DNA from: an uncultured virus (IMG/VR IMGVR_UViG_3300034105_004634)
Taxonomy: Duplodnaviria > Heunggongvirae > Uroviricota > Caudoviricetes
Reading direction: 5' to 3' (one strand)
IMG/VR virus record: IMGVR_UViG_3300034105_004634
Length of the DNA stretch: 64,000 nt
Made by a program: the position numbers and the translations under genes. Shown in pieces: positions 19,749 to 29,784 of this stretch (positions are counted from its first letter, which is position 1; every line of letters starts with the position of its first letter). The notes under the pieces are model-generated. The model worked only from the letters and a program-made list of their open reading frames with translations, did no database searches and was not told the origin of the DNA.

Positions 19749-20633
19749 TTACCTTTTTAATCCCTCCTTCATTGACTCTTCGGAAAGCTTTCTTGCCTCT
19801 TCCATCTCCAAAGTTGATAGGAATTTATCCAATGTTAAATCGCAATACTCATCTATCCAGTCACCTATAAAATAAAGATTTCTTGTTCCTTTAAGCACAC
19901 CAAACAGAATTGGATCCTTGGCCTTTTCAACCTCAGCCTTTGTCATCTGAGTTGATGTGTCATATTTGTCAAAATGCATAATAACATAATTGTCAAATAA
20001 TTCCTCGGCATCATATTTTTTCTTTTCTGTTATGACCTCATCAGGAATCATCCTAGCGTAGTTTTTCATCCATGTCATCTTTAGCATCTTACTGCCAAGA
20101 TTTGCTTTCTTGTAAAACTTAACGACGTCTTCCTCTGTAACATATTTAATCTCACCAACATCTAGTAGTTTAGCTTCGGCAAGAACACCATCCTTTTTAT
20201 CCCTTAGGATTTCTAAGAAAGCTATCTGACCGTTGTCCTTTGCAGTTTCTATTGCTTTAGTGTAGAATTCAACTGAATTTGGATTCACCTCCAGTGTTTT
20301 AATGGAATCCTTAACATCATTAAAGAATTCATCCACTGATTGATATCTTATCTTTTTAACCTTCTTATTGGGAAAAAGTGTCTCAGCAGCTTTTAGCCTG
20401 ATCCAGCTTTTGAAGGTGTGCTCATGCATATGTAAATAGTGGAAATAATCAACTGCACGTACCTCTATTGAATCAGTGAGAGAATTTGAGTCCCTTTCCA
20501 TAGCTCCGCCAATTAGAAAACTACTAATCCCGTTGGTTCCAGAAAGTTCTATTTCCGATCCCGATTGGACTGATTTTTTTGGAAGAGATATGAAGTTTTC
20601 AAATATCTCCAATTTGTTTGATGTAGTTATCAT
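19749..20633 (-). CDS. hypothetical phage protein
   Basis: 294-aa ORF; C-terminal KDPILFG...YFIGDWIDEYCDLT. Confidence 0.65.
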   Translation of the reverse strand: MITTSNKLEIFENFISLPKKSVQSGSEIELSGTNGISSFLIGGAMERDSNSLTDSIEVRAVDYFHYLHMHEHTFKSWIRLKAAETLFPNKKVKKIRYQSVDEFFNDVKDSIKTLEVNPNSVEFYTKAIETAKDNGQIAFLEILRDKKDGVLAEAKLLDVGEIKYVTEEDVVKFYKKANLGSKMLKMTWMKNYARMIPDEVITEKKKYDAEELFDNYVIMHFDKYDTSTQMTKAEVEKAKDPILFGVLKGTRNLYFIGDWIDEYCDLTLDKFLSTLEMEEARKLSEESMKEGLKR

Positions 20634-20636
20634 TGA

Positions 20637-21227
20637 TTAGTCTTTAAAAAGGTTAACTAAATAGGAAAACATTTCGAAGTACTCGTGAGTATTAGTGTCA
20701 TCGTATCCCAATTTAATAATGAAGTTGTCATTCTCTTTTTTGTACATCTCAAACATACGAGATTTAGTCATTTTACTATACTGAACATTCGCGATTCTAT
20801 CGCATAGTTTAACAAACACAGCTCCCTGTGTATTTCTAATACCTTCGTAGTACCTATCTCCAGCTCTCTCTTTACGATTCTTGCCTTTGTCGTTGGTAAC
20901 GGCATAAACAATATCGGCTGCAGTTTGTCCTATATTTTTAACCAAGTCGTTATAACTTTTATGATGCACGTCCTCCAAAACGTCATGACACCAGCAAGCT
21001 CTTCTACAGGCTTCTCTGGGAGAAACAAATACATGTTCTTGGGCTTTGGAATCCGATCTTAATTTTTCTGTTAAGTGATCCCTTTCGTAATCTAATAGAT
21101 GTTCAAATTGGGAAGCTACTTGATCAACCATTCTCAGATGAAATTCATACGGTAGGTATTCGGAGTAGAAATGATTAACACTCCTATGCTGTTCTATTGC
21201 CCAATCTGCTATAGTTGATAAATTCAT
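20637..21227 (-). CDS. HD-domain hydrolase, Mesh1/SpoT (ppGpp hydrolase)-like
   Basis: PYEFHL, HDVLED and VKLCDRIAN motifs. Confidence 0.8.
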   Translation of the reverse strand: MNLSTIADWAIEQHRSVNHFYSEYLPYEFHLRMVDQVASQFEHLLDYERDHLTEKLRSDSKAQEHVFVSPREACRRACWCHDVLEDVHHKSYNDLVKNIGQTAADIVYAVTNDKGKNRKERAGDRYYEGIRNTQGAVFVKLCDRIANVQYSKMTKSRMFEMYKKENDNFIIKLGYDDTNTHEYFEMFSYLVNLFKD

Positions 21228-21294
21228 ATCTTTTTATTTTTATATTGCAAATATATGAATTAATTTCGAAATAAAAAAATAAATTGGTGACAAA

Positions 21295-21327
21295 AATAAA
21301 GCCGAGCTTTTAGGCCCGGCTTTATTT
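21295..21327. terminator. intrinsic terminator
   Basis: aataaagccg...cggctttatt inverted repeat. Confidence 0.7.
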
Positions 21328-21345
21328 AATAATTTTTATATAGTA

Positions 21346-21909
21346 TTAGAAATATCTCTCCTCAAATACAAGAAGATCCAATTTGTTGTTTATATCTATG
21401 AGGTGCAAAGCATTCAAAAGATCCGAATATTCTGCAACTGAATCATTCTGAATATCAACATACTTCTGTATAAAATTAAATGTTGGCGGGTGTACAGCTG
21501 ATATAGCATGCTGAAATGCTGAATAGCTCAATAGCAATTTATATTCAATATCATAAGCTTCGTCTATTATACCAACCAATGAATCGAAATTATTTGGTAC
21601 CGTAACTGGTGGTATTTGAGGTAGAATATTCCATTGAGTCAAATAATCCTGCAGACCTTTTGCGTGATCCAATTCAGATGCTGCCTCAGCTTCGAAATAT
21701 GCAGCAGCTTTTTTATAATTTACATTTCTACACCAATTAGCTGCATTTCTATATGTGTAATGTGCAGTATATTCATCAGCTATTCTTTTCTCAAAGAGAC
21801 TGATTATTTCTGCAGGAAGTGATTTTGGATCGGTGATATCTGAACCTTGTTCAATTTCAACAGCAAAATCTTCGTTTGTTTTCTCTTTGAAGTGCTTGAA
21901 TGTTCTCAT
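21346..21909 (-). CDS. ferritin
   Basis: Ferroxidase pattern E..A...Y, E..H, E, Q..S..E; N-terminal leader MRTFKHFKE. Confidence 0.8.
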   Translation of the reverse strand: MRTFKHFKEKTNEDFAVEIEQGSDITDPKSLPAEIISLFEKRIADEYTAHYTYRNAANWCRNVNYKKAAAYFEAEAASELDHAKGLQDYLTQWNILPQIPPVTVPNNFDSLVGIIDEAYDIEYKLLLSYSAFQHAISAVHPPTFNFIQKYVDIQNDSVAEYSDLLNALHLIDINNKLDLLVFEERYF

Positions 21910-21965
21910 TTAGTATTTTATTTTGTCTATTATATATCTAAATGGTAAACAATAAGTATGGAATA

Positions 21966-22448
21966 TTAATGTCCACCAGATGCTTGCAAATTCTGCATTT
22001 TCTGTGCTATTCTGATTCCCATCGGCGTGCTCATTAGTTCAACTTTGGGTACCATACCACATCGTATTAACTCAATCCTATCCGCGTCAAAGCATGCACC
22101 TATAGTTGGGTCTTCCCTGTTAACCACACCCTTGTGATGTTGTAAACATGCCATCCAAAGTTTTTGATATTGGGGATGTGTTAGGTGATCAAGCTTACTT
22201 GTATTTCTTAACCATACTACAAAATCGGCAGCTCTATCTCCATGTTCTGGATCTTGCCGATCATCCTCCCTTTTGCAGTCATGTAAATATGCAAAAAGAG
22301 CAACAACAAGTTTATCGACTCCTGGTTGCAAAGATAACATCATTCCGTTCTCATAAACCTCTTCCCAATGTGATATCCCGTGTATCGAATCATTGCTCAT
22401 AATAAATTCATCGATAGCAATTTTCTTTATATCTTCTATAAATCCCAT
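21966..22448 (-). CDS. HD-domain phosphohydrolase
   Basis: HG..HW, LHD, HG and DADR motifs. Confidence 0.8.
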   Translation of the reverse strand: MGFIEDIKKIAIDEFIMSNDSIHGISHWEEVYENGMMLSLQPGVDKLVVALFAYLHDCKREDDRQDPEHGDRAADFVVWLRNTSKLDHLTHPQYQKLWMACLQHHKGVVNREDPTIGACFDADRIELIRCGMVPKVELMSTPMGIRIAQKMQNLQASGGH

Positions 22449-22747
22449 ATTAATTATTATTTAGTTTTGCGGATCTGTTGTTGCTATTTCTCCAATCAGA
22501 TCCACACCTGTCCAAACAGTGATAATCTGTCCTGGTGTGAATCTCTCGAATCTTCTGGGTTGCACGTTAATTATGGTATCTTTCCCCGCCTTATTCTTTG
22601 TTTTTAAGGTCGCTGCTCCATCCCAGCTGCTTACCTTTATTATCTTACCTATATATCTATTTGATTCGGTATGTAGAGCTACAATGAGTGCTATTGCTAA
22701 TATTGGTAACGATATAATAACTATTGCCTCCTTTATCATGGTTGCTT

Positions 22748-23185
22748 TCATTCTATGGTTCTTTTAGTGTCTCTATCTATATCCCTCTCTTTAATGCTCT
22801 GTTTCTTACTGTAGGTTTTTTTCCCTTTAGCAAGAGCTATCTCGATTTTAATTAAGCCCCTTTCATTGGTAAATATTCTAAATGGTACTATAGTCATTCC
22901 CCTATCCATGTCGGATTCAAGTTTTTTCAATTCCCTTCTATTTAGAAGCAATTTTCTTTCCCTTGCTGTTTCGTGGGTATACGTGGTGGAAATTGGGGTT
23001 ATATTCAGATTCTTCAGAAAAAGCTCCTTATCCCTAAAATAACAATACGAATCAACAAAGGAAACCCTTCCCCCTCTGATACCCTTTACCTCAGATCCCA
23101 TCAATTGCATGCCTGCCGTTAGGGTTCTAATGAACTCGTAATCAAACTTTGCTTTTCTGTTATTTATATTGATATTATTTGTCAT
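22748..23185 (-). CDS. smpB: SsrA-binding protein
   Basis: NRKAKFDY, AG..L.GSEVK, RERKLLL and AKGKK motifs. Confidence 0.92.
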   Translation of the reverse strand: MTNNININNRKAKFDYEFIRTLTAGMQLMGSEVKGIRGGRVSFVDSYCYFRDKELFLKNLNITPISTTYTHETARERKLLLNRRELKKLESDMDRGMTIVPFRIFTNERGLIKIEIALAKGKKTYSKKQSIKERDIDRDTKRTIE

Positions 23186-23188
23186 ATT

Positions 23189-23437
23189 CTATTCCTCTAT
23201 CCATGCAGCAGCAGTACGTGTACCACTTTCCACACAGGTTAAACCAAGATCCGTTTGTACATAGCAATTTGGATGCTCTGCAACAAGTTCATCGAATTTC
23301 TTGTCAGAAACACAAAGAACAACTATAATAGAATCTATAGGAGTAATACCTAGATTCTTTACCGCGTGTGCAACCTGTGAAGCCACCTTGCCCTCCGGCA
23401 TCTTCAAATTTCTTTTATAAATCGCTTTTATTTTCAT
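23189..23437 (-). CDS. peptidyl-tRNA hydrolase 2 (Pth2)-like
   Basis: LKMPEGKVASQVAHA and D.G.T.V..GT.TA motifs; start placed at ATG 23437. Confidence 0.75.
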   Translation of the reverse strand: MKIKAIYKRNLKMPEGKVASQVAHAVKNLGITPIDSIIVVLCVSDKKFDELVAEHPNCYVQTDLGLTCVESGTRTAAAWIEE

Positions 23438-23647
23438 TTTGTATTGTTTCAAATTTAACTTCCTCGAGAGTTGCAAGATCGTGAAAATTTCTTTCGAGTA
23501 TTGATGCAAATATACAAGAGACCATATTGGTGTTATACCAGTTTGCTGGTGCTAGATATTGTAAATTTTTACTTGCAGTTGGATTTTCTGCGATGTTATT
23601 TAGATATTCCTGATAGTATCTGTCAAGCTTATTCTCGTCTATTTTTA

Positions 23648-24304
23648 TCATGATCTTAGTTGCTCCATTAATTCATCCCTTTGCTTTAGATAATCCCTGG
23701 TGTCGAATTCTTCGTCCTCCATTATTCTAAAATCTTCCCAAATGTAATTAACACACCCAAAATCATCTATTCTTTGATTTTTCTTCAATTGTAAAGCAAA
23801 ATGTAGAATTCTTAATGCATGGAAAATGCCTTTCTTAGCACGATCTTTAAATCCATCTCTAGCTTGCATATCCGCTGTGTGCCACGATGCTGATACTTTG
23901 GAGATGATCTTTTTTGTCATCTCTCTGTTATTCCATTTCTGTACCTTAAATGGCCAGGTCTTCATAAGCACATCGTCTGGTTGCAGAGATAGGCATTCCA
24001 ATGTACTAATATCATAGTTGTTAATGGCATCAGTAAATCCGCTTCTGGAATAAAGAATACCCTGGATGTTTCTATTGTCGCTGGAAATGGCATTCTGTTT
24101 GAATGCACCGCTCCGAAGCATAGCTCCTTTGGTAACTATAATAAAATCATGATCTGAGTTTTGATCAGAGGTACCATAGACTCTACTGCCGTATCTGTAT
24201 ATGTTGAGAACCGGTTCATCAATATTAAGTGACTTTAGAATTAAACCAATATTGATCTCCTCATAATCGCTACAGATATTTTGTGATGAGTATTGATTTT
24301 CCAT
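23648..24304 (-). CDS. Pol-beta superfamily nucleotidyltransferase
   Basis: YGSRVYG...SDHDF signature; FHALRI. Confidence 0.75.
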   Translation of the reverse strand: MENQYSSQNICSDYEEINIGLILKSLNIDEPVLNIYRYGSRVYGTSDQNSDHDFIIVTKGAMLRSGAFKQNAISSDNRNIQGILYSRSGFTDAINNYDISTLECLSLQPDDVLMKTWPFKVQKWNNREMTKKIISKVSASWHTADMQARDGFKDRAKKGIFHALRILHFALQLKKNQRIDDFGCVNYIWEDFRIMEDEEFDTRDYLKQRDELMEQLRS

Positions 24305-24490
24305 TTTTGTATGTTCTTTTTATAGTTACCAACGTATACCCAATCTTGCTCCTAGAGCCGTCACTATATGTTGATTTTCTAGTTTTATCAACGGATGATA
24401 TGATTTCTTCGATGTATGTATTTTTATATTTATAGATAAGTATTGATATAAATATAAGAAATACCATTAAACAGATAATTAATGTCGTTA

Positions 24491-25228
24491 TCATTGTTCA
24501 AATGTTGGTTTTAACCAAAGCCCGTTTTTAAATAGTATGTTTAATAATTTCCCGTCCATATGGTCGTCGCAATCTGTTATTAATCTTATCGCTCTGACAG
24601 TATCATGTTTCATCATCTTGGCGATTTCTTCTCTGATCCTTTCTCCACTAACTGTGAGCTCAAGTTTTTTGAGCAATTCTGGATCCTTCATAGCTTTCCA
24701 GATATCGTCGCACATAATAAGGTCCTTTGTTATAGTAAATCTGAGGCATCTCATAATTCTTAATGGATCCTCATAGAATGTTATATCAGGATGCTTGGGT
24801 GTTCTTAGTATTCCAGCCCTTAGATCATCCTGTCCTCCGAATAGGTCTATGATATCTCCATCCTCGTCCTCTGCCATCGCATTGATTGTAAAATCCCTAC
24901 GAATAAGATCATCGGCTAAGGTACCAAGTTTTAATACAGGTCTTCTACTATCGTCTCTATAGCCCATTTCCTTTCTTGCCATCACGAAGTCAGCAACAAG
25001 TTTCTCATTTGGATCTCCTTTAGGAAATCTAGCACGAATGGTGTACATCTCAGGGACTCTTAGAAATACTTCAAACCCATTTTCGCTCATCCAATCATCC
25101 ATTTTTTGGAATCCCTCTTCCACGGTTTGGTTTAGATCATCCAGAACGAAGGTGAAGTCTATATCCTTGGAATTAATCCCAAGTATAGCATCCCTGACGC
25201 AGCCTCCTACACGATATAATTTTGGCAT
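24491..25228 (-). CDS. cca: tRNA nucleotidyltransferase (CCA-adding)/poly(A) polymerase head domain
   Basis: VGGCVRD, DID, RRDFTINAMA, EDPLRIMR and ERI..E motifs. Confidence 0.88.
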   Translation of the reverse strand: MPKLYRVGGCVRDAILGINSKDIDFTFVLDDLNQTVEEGFQKMDDWMSENGFEVFLRVPEMYTIRARFPKGDPNEKLVADFVMARKEMGYRDDSRRPVLKLGTLADDLIRRDFTINAMAEDEDGDIIDLFGGQDDLRAGILRTPKHPDITFYEDPLRIMRCLRFTITKDLIMCDDIWKAMKDPELLKKLELTVSGERIREEIAKMMKHDTVRAIRLITDCDDHMDGKLLNILFKNGLWLKPTFEQ

Positions 25229-25518
25229 AATTTTTTTATTTATAGGGTTACCCAGTTATTCCCATGTTATATTTCCGTTATTACTTACTGATTTCCATCC
25301 ATTATTGGGATCATCCAATATGATATCTCCCCTAGATAACGATTCTTTGAATGTTATTAAATCGGGATCACCGCAATCACATCTCTTTGTGTGACCACAA
25401 TAGCAGAGTTGCTCTCCTGCTTCGTTAGTTGATTTCTCTCTCAGAATTAGCCATTCTTTATATTTCTCTTCCATGATGCAATTTATTATACGCAAATATA
25501 ATCAAAACCTCCGAGCAA

Positions 25519-25554
25519 AAAAAATAACCTTAATGGAAATTAAGGTTATTTTTT
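25519..25554. terminator. intrinsic terminator abutting the promoter at 25491
   Basis: aaaaataaccttaat/attaaggttattttt. Confidence 0.7.
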
Positions 25555-25571
25555 AAATTTTTATATCTGAT

Positions 25572-25955
25572 CTACATTATCATGTTTTTGACCTTAACCA
25601 TGTCCCTGTTTATGTGCTGACCCATATCGAATATTATTCTGCTAACACCACCACCTGGACCGAATCTCCACGACATTTCTCCAACCCCAAGTTCACTTCC
25701 AAGTATTTTTGCTATCTCGTCTATTTGGTAACTTATTCTATTAGAGACTGCTCCATCGAAGGATTTAGGCCAGCATTCCACTATGAATTCTGTTTCTGAT
25801 TCAGGATTCTCCACAATATCAGCATCAATTGATCTCTCGCTGAAAGCTCTATCAAATTCCTTTCTGAAGACGGGGTTTGCTAGATGTGATTTTAATATTT
25901 CTATATTCTCTTCTTCTTCGTTTTCGAATGACTCATAAACCTTTATATTTTTCAT
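25572..25955 (-). CDS. hypothetical protein with leader motif
   Basis: Begins MKNIKVYESFENE. Confidence 0.6.
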   Translation of the reverse strand: MKNIKVYESFENEEEENIEILKSHLANPVFRKEFDRAFSERSIDADIVENPESETEFIVECWPKSFDGAVSNRISYQIDEIAKILGSELGVGEMSWRFGPGGGVSRIIFDMGQHINRDMVKVKNMIM

Positions 25956-25958
25956 ATG

Positions 25959-26804
25959 TTAGATGTATTTTAATGCAGATTCGACTCTTTTTAATGTGGA
26001 TATAGCTTTTGATAATCCAGGTTTCACCCTAAGATCTCTGTCATATTTCACAAGATCCTTGAACCATATATTCCTTGCTTCCTCTGGGAATGAATTGATA
26101 TCATTCTCTAATGATGGGTCATCATCAAGAGCTCTCGCCATCATAACCATAACCGTATCGTCATCAAATCGATAGTCATTATCGATGTTATCAAGATCAC
26201 CTTCTATTAAATCATCCAATAATTTCTGATAAGTTTCATCAACTTGCTCTTTCATGATTTTTAGAAGTTTCGGAAATCTTCTTATATCCTTATTGAAAAT
26301 ATAAGTTGCATCCCTTAAATCATTCATTAGAAAATCAACAGTGGAATCAAATATTTTTTTGAGATCGATGGCATGATCAATATTAAAAGAAACGTGAATC
26401 TCCATATCCCCTCTTTCTGACATTTTTCTAGTAACATCATTATCATTGGTGTATGGTCTTAGTGTTTCGTCAAGTTCCATGATGATTACAATTCTATCGG
26501 AAACAACATCAGGTACTATATGACATTCTGTACTCTTTTCCAGTTCCGCAACTTTATTTATAAAGATCCGAGGAAGATTAAACGTTATCCTCATGCTGGA
26601 GGATTTACCATTGACTCTAAATCCCTTGGTTATATTAATGGTGTATAATCCTAAATTGAAAGCATTCTGCTTTCTTCTATGTGCCTCCCATTTTTTGATC
26701 ATCGGAATCTCATAAAATCTGCTTTTTATATCGGAATCTGAATCCCAATCTATTGCTTCTTTAATGCTCCAATCTTTAAACTTTTTCGTCGACATTTTCA
26801 ACAT
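25959..26804 (-). CDS. hypothetical protein with leader-like N-terminus
   Basis: MSTKKFKDWSIKE. Confidence 0.55.
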   Translation of the reverse strand: MLKMSTKKFKDWSIKEAIDWDSDSDIKSRFYEIPMIKKWEAHRRKQNAFNLGLYTINITKGFRVNGKSSSMRITFNLPRIFINKVAELEKSTECHIVPDVVSDRIVIIMELDETLRPYTNDNDVTRKMSERGDMEIHVSFNIDHAIDLKKIFDSTVDFLMNDLRDATYIFNKDIRRFPKLLKIMKEQVDETYQKLLDDLIEGDLDNIDNDYRFDDDTVMVMMARALDDDPSLENDINSFPEEARNIWFKDLVKYDRDLRVKPGLSKAISTLKRVESALKYI

Positions 26805-27195
26805 TAGTTTTTTTCCTTCTTATGGGTTTTGGCCTTCTTACCTTTACCTCCACCTCTTGTTTTGGTTCCTCCGAAAATGGGGACTTTAATTTGTGATACA
26901 GAGCCTCTATTTCATCAAATGTTAGATTGCTCTTTTTACCATTTATATCAACAGTACAAGAAACTACGTTTCCCTCTACATATCCCTTTGATGAATCAAC
27001 TCTATCAAAGCTTCTGGAAAAAGCTCCATCCTCATCAAATTCTCTATTGGTATAATAACATGTCTTGTATGTTAATAATTTTCTAACTGTTTCTAAGCTT
27101 AAATCAAAATCCAGCTTTCTATCTGCTGCGCTTTGATGTATTTTTATCATTTTTCTAGCAACCTCTAGGTCACTAACTTCTTGTTTTTTATTCAT
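26776..27195 (-). CDS. HNH-like (His-Me finger) protein resembling T4 Srd-type proteins
   Basis: CYYT, SFDRVDSSKGYVEGNVVSC and N.KK motifs. Confidence 0.6.
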   Translation of the reverse strand: MNKKQEVSDLEVARKMIKIHQSAADRKLDFDLSLETVRKLLTYKTCYYTNREFDEDGAFSRSFDRVDSSKGYVEGNVVSCTVDINGKKSNLTFDEIEALYHKLKSPFSEEPKQEVEVKVRRPKPIRRKKTNVENVDEKV

Positions 27196-27348
27196 TCAAT
27201 CTTAATTTTTATATACCATCATTTCCTCTATTTGAGAGTTCTCGTCCTTAACTCTTTTTGCCGTTCCGAATATTCCCTGCCATCGGAAGCTGCTTCGCAT
27301 GAGCAATTCTCGAAATCGTACACATTGCCATCATTGTCAAAGCCATAT

Positions 27349-27939
27349 TCATATTGCCATGCACGATTTAAAATTGCCATGCACGATTTTTTGTCCATTC
27401 CAAAACACCACCCACACGCTTTCAGTTTTTTCGTCCACTTCCGTCCAGTATATGGATTCACAATCCACACCAAACCTTAATACACCAAAATTATTGGACC
27501 GTCCCTCCGAATTATGAGGTAAAAGATAGAAGCATAGGGTTTTTCCGGATTGGCATTTTATTGTGATGCCTCTCCCGTACTCGCCTAACGTGTATGTGGA
27601 TGGTTCCATATTTATCCGGCTAAACATATCGAGCGCCTTCTTTTCCGCATCTGTAACGATTGGTGAATATGTGTCTATATTATAGCCCTTATTTTTCAGT
27701 GATAAAAAAATTCCGGTATACACATCGTCAGGTTTTTTATCAGTAAGTTCAGTAAGTTCAAAATACGCAGCTTTAAAATTTGTGCTATTCCTGGCTGTTT
27801 CAAAATATCTACCGTATTTGGTATCGCTATTTTTAACCCCATGATTAACTTTCTCTAAATAATCATCCACCACTTTATAGACTTCATCCTCGCTTGGTAA
27901 GGTTTCTGAGTAGCTTTCATATACCTTTATATACTTCAT
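27349..27939 (-). CDS. hypothetical protein with leader motif; 3' end possibly frameshifted
   Basis: Begins MKYIKVYESYSE; 17-nt direct repeat near the end. Confidence 0.55.
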   Translation of the reverse strand: MKYIKVYESYSETLPSEDEVYKVVDDYLEKVNHGVKNSDTKYGRYFETARNSTNFKAAYFELTELTDKKPDDVYTGIFLSLKNKGYNIDTYSPIVTDAEKKALDMFSRINMEPSTYTLGEYGRGITIKCQSGKTLCFYLLPHNSEGRSNNFGVLRFGVDCESIYWTEVDEKTESVWVVFWNGQKIVHGNFKSCMAI

Positions 27940-27971
27940 TGGTCAAAATTCTTTTCTCTATATATCAAAAC

Positions 27972-28000
27972 AAAAAAGGACCAATGCTAACAGGTCCTTT
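27972..28000. terminator. intrinsic terminator
   Basis: aaaggacc...ggtccttt. Confidence 0.6.
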
Positions 28001-28646
28001 ACATTTGATAATTTATATATTAAACACATTAAGAAGTTTCATCTCTATCTATATACCTCACAGTATTCCAATCTATATCCGCTATGGATTCAATTATCTT
28101 TTCTAGAGCAGCAATCCTATTCTCCAATTCATTGATTCTTGATTCACTACCGATTAAAGATGATCCAATATCATTATCATATACTCTTAATGAATTTACA
28201 ACGGCTTCTATCGAATAATGTCTCATACCATTTCTTTTATTATCTTATATTTGTCCATGACATATCCTCCTCTTCGAATATTATTTTATCCCTTTGTGGA
28301 TTGTGTGATATAATCATTTCAGCAATAGCTGGCCCTTGTATAGTCCTTCTTTCCCATCTTGACTCGATTTCCGTTAGGTTGGGATGGTATATAGTCTCAG
28401 TTTCCACAGAATAATAATTTAATCTATGCTTCTTACATCTCATAAGTATTTTTCCACTAATTGGCACGAATGCATCATGGTAGCTTATTTCTGGATTATC
28501 ATCACCTCTAAATCTAATTTGCGATATTTCAGTACTCTCACATTTTTCACAGTGATCGCAGGAGAATATAGCTTTCCTCCCCTCCCAGAACATCATTTTT
28601 ACATGATCCCTTTCCCTATTTACCGGTAAAATATTATTGCATGTCA

Positions 28647-29783
28647 TTATTCTTTTTCTTTAAGAAGGAAATTATTTGATATCACCTTGAAGCTTGTCTT
28701 CATATCATGGCTTCTAATAACATAACCTTCTCTCTCAGCAGAAGAATTAAGTACAGATTTACCTTCCGCAAACTTTAGAAGCTCGTCTATTGTTTCTGGT
28801 AGCGTAAATTCCTCATCAATAATAGGCACCATTTCCAAACCAAGTACTCTAACAGTTGATTTTAATTTTTCTAAATCAAGATATTCTTGTGTGTCGATAT
28901 TGAAAGCATTATAAACTCTAAGAGTTTGACCCTTGATTCTATATGGATTGCCCTGAATACCCTCACCTATAATTTCACACTGGCAGGCTAGATTTCCCCC
29001 CATAGCAAACATTTTTTCCTCAATCTCAAGTTCTCTAGCAACCTTCCAGAACGTATTTTCCTTTTTTGGTCTTTCTGTACCATCTTCGCACATAACAACG
29101 CCTTCGACAAAAGGCTCTGGACGGCAAAGATCTAAGTTTCTGGAGCAAACCCCAAATTCACCATTATAGATATAAAATGTTGAAGATGAACCATCTAACT
29201 TCTCAGTTACATAGTATTTTTGTTCCTTCATTCTGTCATAATTCTTTGCAAGATTTTGTACCCTCTCCTCGTCGGTTTTAGGAATGAAGCTTGGGAAATT
29301 TCCTTTAGCAACACCAGATAAACAGGCAGGCATTGGCGGATCCCATTTTGTAATATTAAGCATAGCTGTCACATCTGCGCCTTCCTCTATAACAAGAGCC
29401 CAGTCATATGGTCCCAATTGGTAGATTGGTCCATCAGGAGTTTGTAGATATCCAAGTTTTTCGTCCTCTTCCTCGCCTTCCAATATAGAGAGCGGAATGA
29501 TAAGTCCCTGACTGGTGGTTCCTCTTAATTTTATTGTTTTTAACCTAAATCCCTCCTGGTCCATCATTTTTCTATATGAACTCTTTCTGAGAAATTCGAA
29601 TTCCTCTCTGATCGGTAGAAACGAATCAACTTCGCAGTAGATAACAAAGTCACCAACCTTGTGACCAACTTCTTTACCCACAACAACCTTCCATCCATCC
29701 ACGATTGCCAATTCTATAAGGTCCGCACCTTCGATTGGCTGAAGATCACTGATCTTCCTAATACTTGCGAGTTTTCTTTCCAT
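28647..29783 (-). CDS. ATP-dependent RNA ligase (Rnl2/DRB0094-like)
   Basis: N-terminal MERKLASIR..GAD.IE domain; TEKLDGSS, CSRN, EIIG.GIQGN, REG.V and SFKVISN motifs. Confidence 0.88.
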   Translation of the reverse strand: MERKLASIRKISDLQPIEGADLIELAIVDGWKVVVGKEVGHKVGDFVIYCEVDSFLPIREEFEFLRKSSYRKMMDQEGFRLKTIKLRGTTSQGLIIPLSILEGEEEDEKLGYLQTPDGPIYQLGPYDWALVIEEGADVTAMLNITKWDPPMPACLSGVAKGNFPSFIPKTDEERVQNLAKNYDRMKEQKYYVTEKLDGSSSTFYIYNGEFGVCSRNLDLCRPEPFVEGVVMCEDGTERPKKENTFWKVARELEIEEKMFAMGGNLACQCEIIGEGIQGNPYRIKGQTLRVYNAFNIDTQEYLDLEKLKSTVRVLGLEMVPIIDEEFTLPETIDELLKFAEGKSVLNSSAEREGYVIRSHDMKTSFKVISNNFLLKEKE

Positions 29784-29784
29784 T

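Noticed and set aside
23505..23530. Extra TATATTTGCA promoter copy upstream of pth2/smpB
   Set aside because: It lies inside an ORF and lacks the CG and T-run; possible but unsupported
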